Of a DNA stretch of 64,000 nucleotides, positions 39,270-48,829 are shown one piece after another. A program made the position numbers and the translations under genes. Every line of letters starts with the position of its first letter. The first letter of the stretch is position 1. Location of the stretch: the sequence record MK373774.1; one strand, written 5' to 3'. The notes below the pieces were generated by a model, which was given only the letters and a program-made list of their open reading frames with translations, was not told the origin of the DNA and made no database searches. This DNA comes from Escherichia phage vB_EcoM_WFL6982.

Positions 39270-40360
39270 CGTTATGTTCGATTGAGCTCGCTAATTCTCA
39301 ACCCGTTCTCTTATGAACTGCTACATATTACTATGCAGACCAGACTATATCACAATCCCAGAGGGATTCTCCCCATTTCGAGTCGCTTGACCCTACGTCC
39401 GAAGACTAGTCGTTGAACCTTGCTTTGCAATTGTCGCCGTGCCATCGTTTATATGTTGATGGTGATAAATCTTTCTTATCACAATATGGACAATTCAATT
39501 GAATTCTATTTGGATTTAATTTACATCTGTCATTATGTTTTAGATAAAATCCAGGACCTTTACCAATGTGACCACAAAAATCACACGTGATTTCTTTTTG
39601 TGCAGGATGGGTCCCGTTCTTAACCATTTCTAATGTTTTTGCTGATGTTCTTTTCTTATGGTCTTCTGATAAGAAATGATGTGAACCGTCATTTACCCGT
39701 TTTGATTGAGTTTCTGACTGCATTTTACCACCGCAAAATACATGAGTACCTTCTTTTATAGCTGCAATATTGCGTTCTTTAACTTTTGCAATATGCTCAG
39801 CTTGTTGAAAATTATGTATACCTAATGCAACTCTATTTAAATTAGATTTACGCTGTATTTCACCGTCTAAAAGATGAAATGTACCATTTTCTATCTTAGA
39901 TTTAATAGAGGCAATATTTTTAGCTCGTACTTCAGGGATATTAAAAATCTGGATTTCTCTAGATTTTGCGGCTTTAGAAGCTAATTCAGAAATTTCTTCA
40001 GGAGAATATTTCATTCTAAGCTTTATAGCATGACAAGCCTGGTAATCTTTTTGAGCTAAATGTATATCATAATGTTCCTGTATAGAAAGGCACATCAAAT
40101 TATCTAAATCATTATTTTCACGGTTACCGTCTTTATGATGGATTTCATATGTTCTTCCATCAGAATCTTTAGGTATAGGTCCGTTAGCATCTATCCAAAT
40201 TTTTCTATAGTTCAATTGTGCATCCTCTTAAAAGTATAATCATATTTATATTATACTAATTAAAGGTGCAAGCAAAACCTTGGCTGCTAGTTTTCCTATA
40301 AAGGACTTTCCAGCAATTAAAGGAGTTTTCGATAAACGTTACCGTTTAAAGGCGCATTTT
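39270..40360 (-). mobile_element. Group I self-splicing intron in nrdB (about 1091 nt) carrying HNH endonuclease ORF
   Basis: Interrupts nrdB; 3' core cgtagggtcaagcgactcgaaa and 3' end gaacataacG resemble T4 td intron P7-P9 and terminal G; 5' exon ends in U. Confidence 0.8.
39406..40215 (-). CDS. I-TevIII: Intron-encoded HNH homing endonuclease (I-TevIII-like, full length)
   Basis: 269 aa; HNH motif EIHHKDGNRENNDLDNLMCLSIQEH; C-terminal Cys-rich zinc-finger-like region; inside nrdB intron. Confidence 0.85.
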   Translation of the reverse strand: MNYRKIWIDANGPIPKDSDGRTYEIHHKDGNRENNDLDNLMCLSIQEHYDIHLAQKDYQACHAIKLRMKYSPEEISELASKAAKSREIQIFNIPEVRAKNIASIKSKIENGTFHLLDGEIQRKSNLNRVALGIHNFQQAEHIAKVKERNIAAIKEGTHVFCGGKMQSETQSKRVNDGSHHFLSEDHKKRTSAKTLEMVKNGTHPAQKEITCDFCGHIGKGPGFYLKHNDRCKLNPNRIQLNCPYCDKKDLSPSTYKRWHGDNCKARFND

Positions 40361-41036
40361 ACGCAAAAGATACATAAAAACGAATAGCTTCTAAGGCATT
40401 AATAACGTGCAAACAGAGGTAAAGAGATTTCATTAGCTCACGCTTCCAATATGTCTCATGCTCAATAGCATCTTCAATAACGTCTTCGTCTGCATTAATT
40501 TCTTTTTGGTATTCGATATCGGCTTTAGCGTTTTCCCAATAACGAGTTTTAACCAGAACATCATCGTAATATTTACCTATTGATTCAGCTCGTTTCATGA
40601 TTGCTTCGTCTAATACAATCTCATCAAATACCTTAGATGGGTCTGTATAAAGATTTCGCATAATATGAGTGTACGAACGAGAGTGAATAGTTTCACTGAA
40701 TGTCCATGTTGCAACCCATGTATCTAATGAAGGGTCGGAAATCAGTGCCATAAGTACCGCAGATGGGGCCCTGCCTTGGATAGAATCTAATAATGATTGA
40801 TACTTAAGATTGTTTGTAAAGATGTCCTGTTGGAACTGAGGAAGCTTATTGAACTGCGCAGAGTCCAACATCAAGTTTACCTCTTCTGGGCGCCAGAAAA
40901 ATGACAATTGCTTTTCAATAAGTTCTTCAAAAACTTTATGTCGCTGAATATCATAACGTGCGAGGCCAAGACCAGAACCAAAGAACATTGGTTCATTCAA
41001 AACATCGACTTGTTGTGTGTTAAAAACTGTACTCAT
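40361..41036 (-). CDS. nrdB: Ribonucleotide reductase small subunit NrdB, exon 1
   Basis: 225 aa segment ending ...EAIRFYVSFA; di-iron R2 family N-terminal half. Confidence 0.88.
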
Positions 41037-41091
41037 TATATTTTCTCACTTAGTTATTAACTCATCCATGAGTAAATTATAATCAAAAGTC

Positions 41092-43356
41092 TTAAAGCTT
41101 ACAAGCAGAACAATCTTCAGCTTTAGGTGTTTCTAATTCATAGTCATCTGTACCTGACCCATCACGAGTGTTATGATAGTAGAGGTTTTTTCCGCCAAAG
41201 TACCAGAAGTAAAGCAGATCGTCAAGCATTACCGACATTGGCACTTTACCTTTCTCAAATACTGCAGGGTCATAGTAAGTATTAGCAGAAGCAGATTGGC
41301 ACACCCATTTCAACATGATAGCAACTTGGGTCAAATAAGGTTTATTACCTTTCTTAGCAAGTTTCCACGCGTAGTCGTAAAGACTCATGTTATGTTCTAT
41401 ATTAGGAACAACCTGTCGGAAGTTGCCTTCTTTAGATTCTTTAATACTTACTGGACCGCGTGGGGGCTCAATCCCGTTTGTAGAGTTCGATACTTGACTG
41501 CTTGACTCACAAGGCATGAGTGCAGACAACGTTGAGTTACGAATTCCATGTTCTTTGAGTTCAGCTCGAAGTTCTTCCCAATCACATACGTAGTTCGGGG
41601 CTGCGATTTGGTCAATCTTTTTATTGTACCAGTCGATAGGTAATTCGCCTCTAGACCATTTAGTGTCTGAATAATACTCGCAACATCCTTTTTCTTTGGC
41701 GAGTTTGATTGAAGCTTTGATAAGGCCATATTGCAATCTCTCAAACAATTCATGAGTCAAATCGTTAGCGTCTTCATATGAAGCGAAGTTAGAAGCTAAC
41801 CATGCAGCATAGTTCGTAACACCAACACCAAGATTACGACGCTTTTTGGCTTTTAAAGCTTCTGGAACCGGATAATCTTGATAGTCTAACAGGTTATCAA
41901 GTGCACGTACTTGTACTTCAGCAAGTTCATTAATTTTATCTTGGTCTTGCCAATCAAATTTATCTAACACGAATGCAGATAACGTGCATAAACCAATTTC
42001 AGCATCAGGACCATTCACATCATTAGTTGGAATAGCGATTTCACAACATAAGTTACTCTGACGAATTGGAGCTTTTTCACGAATAAACGGAGTGTAGTTA
42101 TTCGTGTTATCAACAAACTGTGGATAAATTCGAGCAGTACCAGAGCGTTCAGTCATGAACAATTCAAAGAGTTCTAGTGCTTTGATTCTTTTCTTTCTGA
42201 TTGTTGGGTCTTTTTCAGCTTTCTCATAAAGCTCACGGAATTTATCTTGATCTTCAAAGAACGAGTAGTATAGTTCGCCTGACATTTCGTGAGGGCTAAA
42301 TAAAGTAATATAATCATTTTTACCAAGGCGTTCCATCATAAGGTCATTAATCTGAATTCCGTAGTCCATATGTCGAATACGGTTTTCATCCACGCCTTTG
42401 TTATTTTTCAGAACTAATAGGTTCTCTACTTCTAAGTGCCACATCGGATAATACGCTGTAGCAGCACCACCACGAATACCACCTTGAGAACAAGATTTTA
42501 CTGCAGTTTGGAAATGTTTCCAGAATGGAATAACACCCGTATGTCGAACTTCACCCATACCGATCTTAGAACCTTCTGCACGAAGCATACCAACGTTGAT
42601 ACCAATACCAGCTCGTTTAGAAATATATTCAATAATTGATGCTGAAGTTTTGTTAATAGATTTTAACGAATCACCGGCTTCAATAACTACACAACTAGAG
42701 AACTGGCGAGTTGGAGTACGAGCACCTGCCATAATTGGGGTTGGCAATGAAACTTGATGAGTAGAAACGGCATTATAAAAACGAATAATATGTTTCAAAC
42801 GGTCATGAGTTTCGTCTTGGTGTAAGGCCATGCCAATAGCCATGATAGCAAACTGGGGAGTTTCATAAATCTTCCCAGTTGTTTTATCTTTAACTAGATA
42901 TTTTTCTTTAAGCTGCATAGCACCAGCATAAGTCAGGTCAAAGTCTCGTTCATGTTTAATCTGTGAATCGAGATAAATGATTTCTTCTGCTGAATATTGA
43001 GACAACAGCTCAGGGTCATATTTGCCTTCATTAACACAATAAGAAATATGGTCGATAAAAGCAGGCGGTTCAAACTGCCCATATACATCTTTACGAAGTG
43101 CAAACATTAGCCCTTTGGCGGCGACATACTGATAATCAGGTTCTTCGACAGAAATCGAGTTAGCTGCAACTTTAATACAAATCTTCTGGATATCTTTGGT
43201 GCTCATCCCGTCGACAAGATGGGTCTTAATTTCTTCATACAATTCATATGGGTCAATTTGTGTTCCTTCACATTGCCAAGTTAAGACTTGAATAATTTTC
43301 TGTGCATCAAAATTTTGGGATACACCTGAATTTTTCACTACTTTAAAATTATACAT
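41092..43356 (-). CDS. nrdA: Ribonucleotide reductase large subunit NrdA
   Basis: 754 aa; class Ia RNR; C-terminal CSACKL. Confidence 0.95.
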   Translation of the reverse strand: MYNFKVVKNSGVSQNFDAQKIIQVLTWQCEGTQIDPYELYEEIKTHLVDGMSTKDIQKICIKVAANSISVEEPDYQYVAAKGLMFALRKDVYGQFEPPAFIDHISYCVNEGKYDPELLSQYSAEEIIYLDSQIKHERDFDLTYAGAMQLKEKYLVKDKTTGKIYETPQFAIMAIGMALHQDETHDRLKHIIRFYNAVSTHQVSLPTPIMAGARTPTRQFSSCVVIEAGDSLKSINKTSASIIEYISKRAGIGINVGMLRAEGSKIGMGEVRHTGVIPFWKHFQTAVKSCSQGGIRGGAATAYYPMWHLEVENLLVLKNNKGVDENRIRHMDYGIQINDLMMERLGKNDYITLFSPHEMSGELYYSFFEDQDKFRELYEKAEKDPTIRKKRIKALELFELFMTERSGTARIYPQFVDNTNNYTPFIREKAPIRQSNLCCEIAIPTNDVNGPDAEIGLCTLSAFVLDKFDWQDQDKINELAEVQVRALDNLLDYQDYPVPEALKAKKRRNLGVGVTNYAAWLASNFASYEDANDLTHELFERLQYGLIKASIKLAKEKGCCEYYSDTKWSRGELPIDWYNKKIDQIAAPNYVCDWEELRAELKEHGIRNSTLSALMPCESSSQVSNSTNGIEPPRGPVSIKESKEGNFRQVVPNIEHNMSLYDYAWKLAKKGNKPYLTQVAIMLKWVCQSASANTYYDPAVFEKGKVPMSVMLDDLLYFWYFGGKNLYYHNTRDGSGTDDYELETPKAEDCSACKL

Positions 43357-43996
43357 AATAATTCCATGTTGGATAATTTGATGATTTTAGCCGGCGTCTA
43401 ACCGTTTGGGTGCTCATAGATAAAACTATTGACGCTTCATTTAATGTATCATATATTACGTCGTTTATAATTACTTTCTTTGCAAATGGATTCTTGGCTC
43501 CTATCATAGCATTAGAAATAGCTTGCTTAGTTGATTCTTTTAATGGGACTCCTTTAGAAATTTTTGTTTTAATTTTTATATTGTATTGTCCGCGTTTTTT
43601 ACCTAATAAAGAATTTCGTATCTTTTCTTTAGTCTCTTCAGATTTAACATGTCCTAGTTTGGAACGAGATATTTTATCTTTTGTTTTTTGGTCTAATTTT
43701 CGCCCTTTAAGCAAATCAACCATTTTTGCTCTAGCCCATCCAAATTCTTTATTATTTCTAGAACTCATTAAATTAACCGCGGTTGCTAAACCTAAATTGT
43801 TCGGATATATTTTTAATAAAAGAAGATGAGCCAAATAATGTTCTGAATATGTTAATTTAACTAGATTGTATGACTCATTGGTGCCACCTAAACATTTTGG
43901 GATTATATGATGCCATTCACCATCTATATCTTCAAAATTTCTTTCTTTATTTACCAAGTTTTTATATATTTTTAAATAATCCATAGTATAATCCAC
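43349..43996 (-). CDS. Free-standing HNH homing endonuclease with NUMOD3-like repeats (Mob-like)
   Basis: 215 aa; HNH motif GEWHHIIPKCLGG...N...EH; repeated KISRSKLGH / KIRNSLLGKKRG / ISNAMIGAKNP; stop overlaps nrdA start by 8 nt. Confidence 0.8.
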   Translation of the reverse strand: MDYTMDYLKIYKNLVNKERNFEDIDGEWHHIIPKCLGGTNESYNLVKLTYSEHYLAHLLLLKIYPNNLGLATAVNLMSSRNNKEFGWARAKMVDLLKGRKLDQKTKDKISRSKLGHVKSEETKEKIRNSLLGKKRGQYNIKIKTKISKGVPLKESTKQAISNAMIGAKNPFAKKVIINDVIYDTLNEASIVLSMSTQTVRRRLKSSNYPTWNYYV

Positions 43997-44011
43997 TTTG
44001 TAGTATCAACG

Positions 44012-44040
44012 GGATAGTATTTATCCCGTTAATTTATTAT
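44012..44040. repeat. Perfect 9-bp inverted repeat aacgggata-gtatt-tatcccgtt
   Basis: In intergenic gap just upstream of HNH endonuclease start. Confidence 0.5.
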
Positions 44041-44059
44041 ACACTTTTAAACTGAAGCG

Positions 44060-44314
44060 TTAATTATCCACAGCAATAATTTCTTCATATTCTTTAGGTG
44101 TCAAGACTGTGATATTGAAATAAACCAACGGTTCTTTTTCTATACCGAATCCACCACAAAATTCACGATATTCATAAATTCGTTCATGTGAATAGCAAAT
44201 GAATCGTTCACCTTTAACTGTGATTTCACTATTCGGTGAAGGGATATCTAGTTCGGTAGGATTTTTCATTTCAAAAATTGTGGTGCCATATGAATTAATA
44301 AAACGTAAAATCAT
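44060..44314 (-). CDS. Hypothetical protein (nrdA.1 position)
   Basis: 84 aa ORF coupled to td stop. Confidence 0.5.
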   Translation of the reverse strand: MILRFINSYGTTIFEMKNPTELDIPSPNSEITVKGERFICYSHERIYEYREFCGGFGIEKEPLVYFNITVLTPKEYEEIIAVDN

Positions 44315-45175
44315 TTATACCGCCATTTTAGCTTTGATAGTTGGATGAGATTCATAATTTTTAAGAACGAAATCAGAATGTGTCATAGTTCCAGTAACCC
44401 AGTCCATTTGGATTTTTGTAGGCCAATTCTCAAAATTACTAGGCCAATTAATTTCAAGAGAACATAACTCTTTAGGTTCACGACGAAGAACTTCTTTGCA
44501 TTGTTCTATATGATTGCTGTAGATATGCGTGTTGCCGCCTGAGAACACTAAATCACCTGGGATAAGATTACACATCTTAGCCACAATATGCGTCAAGGCA
44601 GCGTACGAGGCAATGTTGAATGGCAATCCCAAGAAAACATCTACACTGCGTTGATACCATTGTAAATCAAGATGCCCATTACGCACATTAAATTGATAGA
44701 ACATATGACAAGGAGGAAGAGCCATTTGGTCAATTTCGGCCGGGTTCCATGCAGAAACTATTTGACGACGATCATTAGGAAGAGCTTTAATACGGTCGAT
44801 AGTTTTGTCCAATTGGTCTACACCACCAAAATCACGCCATTGCTTACCATAAATAGGACCAAGTTCGCCGCTATGATACCCAAGGTCTTTTGCCTGATTT
44901 TCATAGTTGTCGTCCCAAATAGTTTTACCTTGAATAAGACTACCATGAGTACGAATACGCAAATCATTAACATTGGTAGAACCAGACATGAACCACAGTA
45001 ACTCGGCAATACAAGCTTTCCACGCTAATTTCTTAGTTGTTACCGCAGGGAATCCTTTAGTCAGATCCCAACGTAATTTAGTTCCGAACAGGGCAATTGT
45101 TCCTGTGCCTGTACGGTCGTCTGTTTCGTAGCCATTTTCTAGGATATCATTAATCAGGTATTGGTATTGTTTCAT
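44315..45175 (-). CDS. td: Thymidylate synthase (uninterrupted, no intron)
   Basis: 286 aa contiguous ORF with TS active-site motif ALPPCHMFYQF. Confidence 0.95.
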   Translation of the reverse strand: MKQYQYLINDILENGYETDDRTGTGTIALFGTKLRWDLTKGFPAVTTKKLAWKACIAELLWFMSGSTNVNDLRIRTHGSLIQGKTIWDDNYENQAKDLGYHSGELGPIYGKQWRDFGGVDQLDKTIDRIKALPNDRRQIVSAWNPAEIDQMALPPCHMFYQFNVRNGHLDLQWYQRSVDVFLGLPFNIASYAALTHIVAKMCNLIPGDLVFSGGNTHIYSNHIEQCKEVLRREPKELCSLEINWPSNFENWPTKIQMDWVTGTMTHSDFVLKNYESHPTIKAKMAV

Positions 45176-45759
45176 TTATATACGCTCTCAGTAATTTCGG
45201 TGAGTTCATCGATTCTGTAGTAATGAGATTCTACCATAGAACGTTGAAGCATAATATCTTGGACGAAATCTTTATCAAGTTGAACATCGGAATTAACACG
45301 ACATTTCTTAATGATTTTAGTCATCACGATTTCATCGGCATAAGGCAGTGCTTGTTTTAATAGAGCAGGACCGCCGATAACAGATACATTAACATGTTCA
45401 GTAGAAAGTTTAAACGGTACATCAGTTGCAGGGCTAAACAGGTTAATTTCACCACCTGTTACCAAGGTAATAAATTCAGATTGGGTGATATAGAACCGTG
45501 CAAGTTCATCAGTTTTAGTCCTAGGCAGTTTTCTGGCCATATCAGTGACAACCACATGAGTACGATCTGGGAGTAGACGAGGTAATGATGCAAAAGTCTT
45601 AGCACCCATAACCATTACAGTGTTTTTAGTGCGAGCAACAAAGTTACTCATATCTTGTTTGATATGCTTCCATGGAAGTCCATCACCTAATCCAAAAGCA
45701 TATTCCAGTTTATCATCAACTGTTTTAGATGGTGCGCATGCGAATACTAATTTAAGCAT
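45172..45759 (-). CDS. frd: Dihydrofolate reductase
   Basis: 195 aa; T4 Frd-like (LEYAFGLGDGLPW...), coupled to td. Confidence 0.9.
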   Translation of the reverse strand: MLKLVFACAPSKTVDDKLEYAFGLGDGLPWKHIKQDMSNFVARTKNTVMVMGAKTFASLPRLLPDRTHVVVTDMARKLPRTKTDELARFYITQSEFITLVTGGEINLFSPATDVPFKLSTEHVNVSVIGGPALLKQALPYADEIVMTKIIKKCRVNSDVQLDKDFVQDIMLQRSMVESHYYRIDELTEITESVYK

Positions 45760-46002
45760 TTTTAAGTCCTTTAATAACTTTTTGGATTTGTGATTTAGAC
45801 GAAACTAGTTCTGTCTGAATTTCCAAACCATCGGTTTGGTCAAATGTTGTAACACAAACACGAGGTTTTGTTGTGTATCATCCAGACAAATCAAATGCAT
45901 CACCAATGAATTCGGCCAAATCCGGATGGTCTAAATTAACTGAAGTATAAACTTCATATCCGACATCAGCGCCTTGAGAGTATTCAACAACAACATTCAT
46001 AA

Positions 46003-46314
46003 TTATTTCCTCAGATTTTTCTTAACAACTTTCCAATCGGCTTTGAACATTTCAACATCAGAGTGGCAAATCCAGAATCCTGCACTTTCACCATCTTCGT
46101 AGAGTGGACATCCATCACATTCTTCGTTCCAACCCATTTCGCGTAAAGCTTCTTCAGCTTGTTCAAGGAGTTCAGCATCTTTACCAACGATGTTGAAGTA
46201 CCATTTACCTCTAACTTCAGAATCTTTGATGCTCTGTCGTTGCAATCTCATTTTATTCTCCTTCACTTTTGATTTGATAGGGCTACTATAACATAACCCT
46301 ATCTGATTGTACAC
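46003..46314 (-). CDS. Hypothetical protein (frd.2 position)
   Basis: 103 aa ORF. Confidence 0.5.
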   Translation of the reverse strand: MYNQIGLCYSSPIKSKVKENKMRLQRQSIKDSEVRGKWYFNIVGKDAELLEQAEEALREMGWNEECDGCPLYEDGESAGFWICHSDVEMFKADWKVVKKNLRK

Positions 46315-46706
46315 TACTTTTTAAAAGTTTTTTGCAAAAGTTCGATGATTTCGTCGACGTTGGTTTCATCTACGATACAATGGATTTTTGTTACACCTAA
46401 AGCTATACCTTCGTTAGTAGGTTGAGGCTTTACTATATCTACCTCAGTAAAGTATTTGAACTCGTCAGGATAAATCTCAAAATAAGTTTCAATTTCACCA
46501 CCGGCAGAACATACAGTACCATCTTCCATAGTTACACTTACTACGTTTGACGTATCGCTATCATAATCAGGTTCCATTCCGTTTACAACAAAACTAGGCC
46601 CGTGAAGTTCAATCAATTTTAACATCTTAGCGTTATTGTGTGGTGCTTCTTGAACAAAGTCATCTTTAAATAAAGGGTTAATGATATAAGATTTTCCGAT
46701 TTCCAT
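46314..46706 (-). CDS. Hypothetical protein (frd.3 position)
   Basis: 130 aa ORF preceded by early promoter and conserved leader. Confidence 0.5.
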   Translation of the reverse strand: MEIGKSYIINPLFKDDFVQEAPHNNAKMLKLIELHGPSFVVNGMEPDYDSDTSNVVSVTMEDGTVCSAGGEIETYFEIYPDEFKYFTEVDIVKPQPTNEGIALGVTKIHCIVDETNVDEIIELLQKTFKK

Positions 46707-46733
46707 TTTGATTTCCTCATGTTGTTGATAGGT

Positions 46734-46766
46734 CTATACTAACACATCCAGGGAAGAAGTAAACAA
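46734..46766 (-). promoter_or_regulatory. Early promoter
   Basis: Minus strand gtttacttcttccctggatgtgttagtatag. Confidence 0.5.
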
Positions 46767-46795
46767 CTTTTTCGGCAATTTACAGATACTCAAAA

Positions 46796-46813
46796 GGGAG
46801 ACCGAAGTCTCCC
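46796..46813 (-). terminator. Terminator hairpin gggagac-cgaa-gtctccc after gene 32
   Basis: Perfect GC stem downstream of gene 32 stop. Confidence 0.6.
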
Positions 46814-46819
46814 AATTTA

Positions 46820-47722
46820 TTATAAACCAGCTAACAGGTCATCGAGGTCGCCATCATCAGAGGATGAGGTAGAGCTCATGAAGTCATCTTCAGTTTTTGC
46901 AGAACTAAAGGCTTCCATGTCTTTATCAAAATCGTCAAGGTCAGAAGCAACTTTATCTGCAACAGAAGCTGCTGCGGCTGCTGCACCACCAAGAGCGGCA
47001 GTACCAAGAACCTTAGCGAAAGATTCATTTAATTTTTCAAAGGATTTGAACTGGTCTTTAGCCGTCAAAGTAGTAAGGTCTACCATCTGGTCATATAGTT
47101 CTTTCTGGAATGCTTCATCATTAATACGAGGAATTTCAGATTGACCCAAGAATTTAGATTCGTCATAGTTGCTAAAACCGGAAACCTGCTTAGCTTTCAG
47201 AACGAAGTTGGCACCTTCAAACGGACAAGTAACATCAACTGGAGTTTCACCCATTTCGGTATCAACAGCAATCATTGCATTGATTTTGTCCCAAATCTTT
47301 TTACCGAAACGATATTTAAATACTTTACCTTCGTTATCTGGAGCTTGAGGGTCTTTAACAACCAGAATATTAGCCCAATAAGAAGTTTTACGTTTCAGTT
47401 GAGAATATTCATTTTTGTTGGTATTGTACAGGTCATTTTTACTAATGTACTGACATACAGGACAAGAGTCATAATCACCATGTGTAGAAGAGCAATTTTC
47501 AATATACCATTTACCATTTTTCTTGAAACCGTGGTTAACAAGAATTGCAAATGGTAGTGCATCATCAGTTTTTGCTGGCAAGAAACGAATTACCGCTTGA
47601 CCATTACCGGATGCATCTAGCTTCAGCTTCCATTCGCCTTTATCTTCTGAAGAGAAACCTTTGTTACCATTCAGTTTAGCCATTTGAGCAGCGAGGTCAG
47701 CAGTAGATTTACGTTTAAACAT
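46820..47722 (-). CDS. 32: Single-stranded DNA-binding protein gp32
   Basis: 300 aa; zinc-binding region and acidic C-terminus; T4 gp32-like. Confidence 0.95.
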   Translation of the reverse strand: MFKRKSTADLAAQMAKLNGNKGFSSEDKGEWKLKLDASGNGQAVIRFLPAKTDDALPFAILVNHGFKKNGKWYIENCSSTHGDYDSCPVCQYISKNDLYNTNKNEYSQLKRKTSYWANILVVKDPQAPDNEGKVFKYRFGKKIWDKINAMIAVDTEMGETPVDVTCPFEGANFVLKAKQVSGFSNYDESKFLGQSEIPRINDEAFQKELYDQMVDLTTLTAKDQFKSFEKLNESFAKVLGTAALGGAAAAAASVADKVASDLDDFDKDMEAFSSAKTEDDFMSSTSSSDDGDLDDLLAGL

Positions 47723-47815
47723 GGATTATTACCTTTTATTTAGATTATTTAATTTATTTACAGTTGGTTGCTACGACACTTATACCTCGTAGCTGGTATG
47801 TTTTATTTATACGGT
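47723..47815 (-). promoter_or_regulatory. Gene 32 leader: A/U-rich translational operator with upstream hairpin, and late promoter TATAAATA
   Basis: Minus strand gctacga-ggtataagtgt-cgtagc hairpin then AU-rich tract before ATG; TATAAATA at 47804..47811. Confidence 0.5.
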
Positions 47816-47840
47816 AATTCTAACACAGATAAAATAAAGC

Positions 47841-48494
47841 TTAATACTTACATGATTTGATTGTTTCTATGAACAATTTCTTAGCAGCATTTCCATCGAT
47901 TTGAAGTATTTTTCGATATGCCTTTAATTTGATAGAATAATTTTGCCAGACTAAGTTATCGGTGAGTTCGTCGTGCTTATTTATAATATTCAAAAACGAG
48001 TCCAACAATAAGAAAGTCTCAAATGAAATTATATTGCTTTGTAGCAATTTGAATATGTAGCTCGACTGAACGTTGTTATTATAATCAAATATCTCTTGAA
48101 GCGCACTAACTTCAACTTTCTTACTGAAATAGTAGATGTTGCGTACGTCTTCAGCAAACGTCTCTTTAGCTTGTTTGAGACGTCCAATATATTCCCTATA
48201 GAAAACTAATGCATCAGCGTCTGATATCTCACCAATCCATGCGTCTTGGTTAGCAACTAAGTTGCTTATGAATATCAAGGTGAGTTCCTTCAATTTATAT
48301 TTCTCTGCTAGTTTTTCAAAGAAATATTTATCTCGGCGTTTTTGATACGCATTATCCGAAACACGCATGCACCAGTTATATTTGATTACGTCATACCGAC
48401 CATTAAAATGTTGTTTGCACATCAAGTATAGTTTGTATACCGATTTTCCGTTAATATAACGTTCTCCATCAGGAGGCATGCGTATTTTAATCAT
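47841..48494 (-). CDS. 59: Helicase loader gp59
   Basis: 217 aa (T4 length); synteny. Confidence 0.9.
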   Translation of the reverse strand: MIKIRMPPDGERYINGKSVYKLYLMCKQHFNGRYDVIKYNWCMRVSDNAYQKRRDKYFFEKLAEKYKLKELTLIFISNLVANQDAWIGEISDADALVFYREYIGRLKQAKETFAEDVRNIYYFSKKVEVSALQEIFDYNNNVQSSYIFKLLQSNIISFETFLLLDSFLNIINKHDELTDNLVWQNYSIKLKAYRKILQIDGNAAKKLFIETIKSCKY

Positions 48495-48829
48495 AATAAG
48501 AAATCTAACGTATTAGTTTTTTCACCACGAGCAACTGATGGGCGAAGCATGTTTTCGTCAATTGCTTCGCTTGTAATTTTTTCAACAATTCCTGTAGGAA
48601 TAAATTTAGCAAATTGTGTTTCTGGAATAGAATTTTCTTCCAAGAAAGCAGTTGTTGCTTCTAAATAAGACATACCAAATTGTTCAACCATGGATTCGAT
48701 AATGAATCCGTTTTCTTGTCGGTCAAGCAATTTAGCGATATCATCTTTATCGTGTTTTACTGCTAATTCTTGTTCAGATAAACCGGCCTCATCAACCGGT
48801 TTAATATCACTTAGTGAAAACTGTGTCAT
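48491..48829 (-). CDS. 33: Late transcription accessory protein gp33
   Basis: 112 aa (T4 length); synteny. Confidence 0.88.
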   Translation of the reverse strand: MTQFSLSDIKPVDEAGLSEQELAVKHDKDDIAKLLDRQENGFIIESMVEQFGMSYLEATTAFLEENSIPETQFAKFIPTGIVEKITSEAIDENMLRPSVARGEKTNTLDFLL

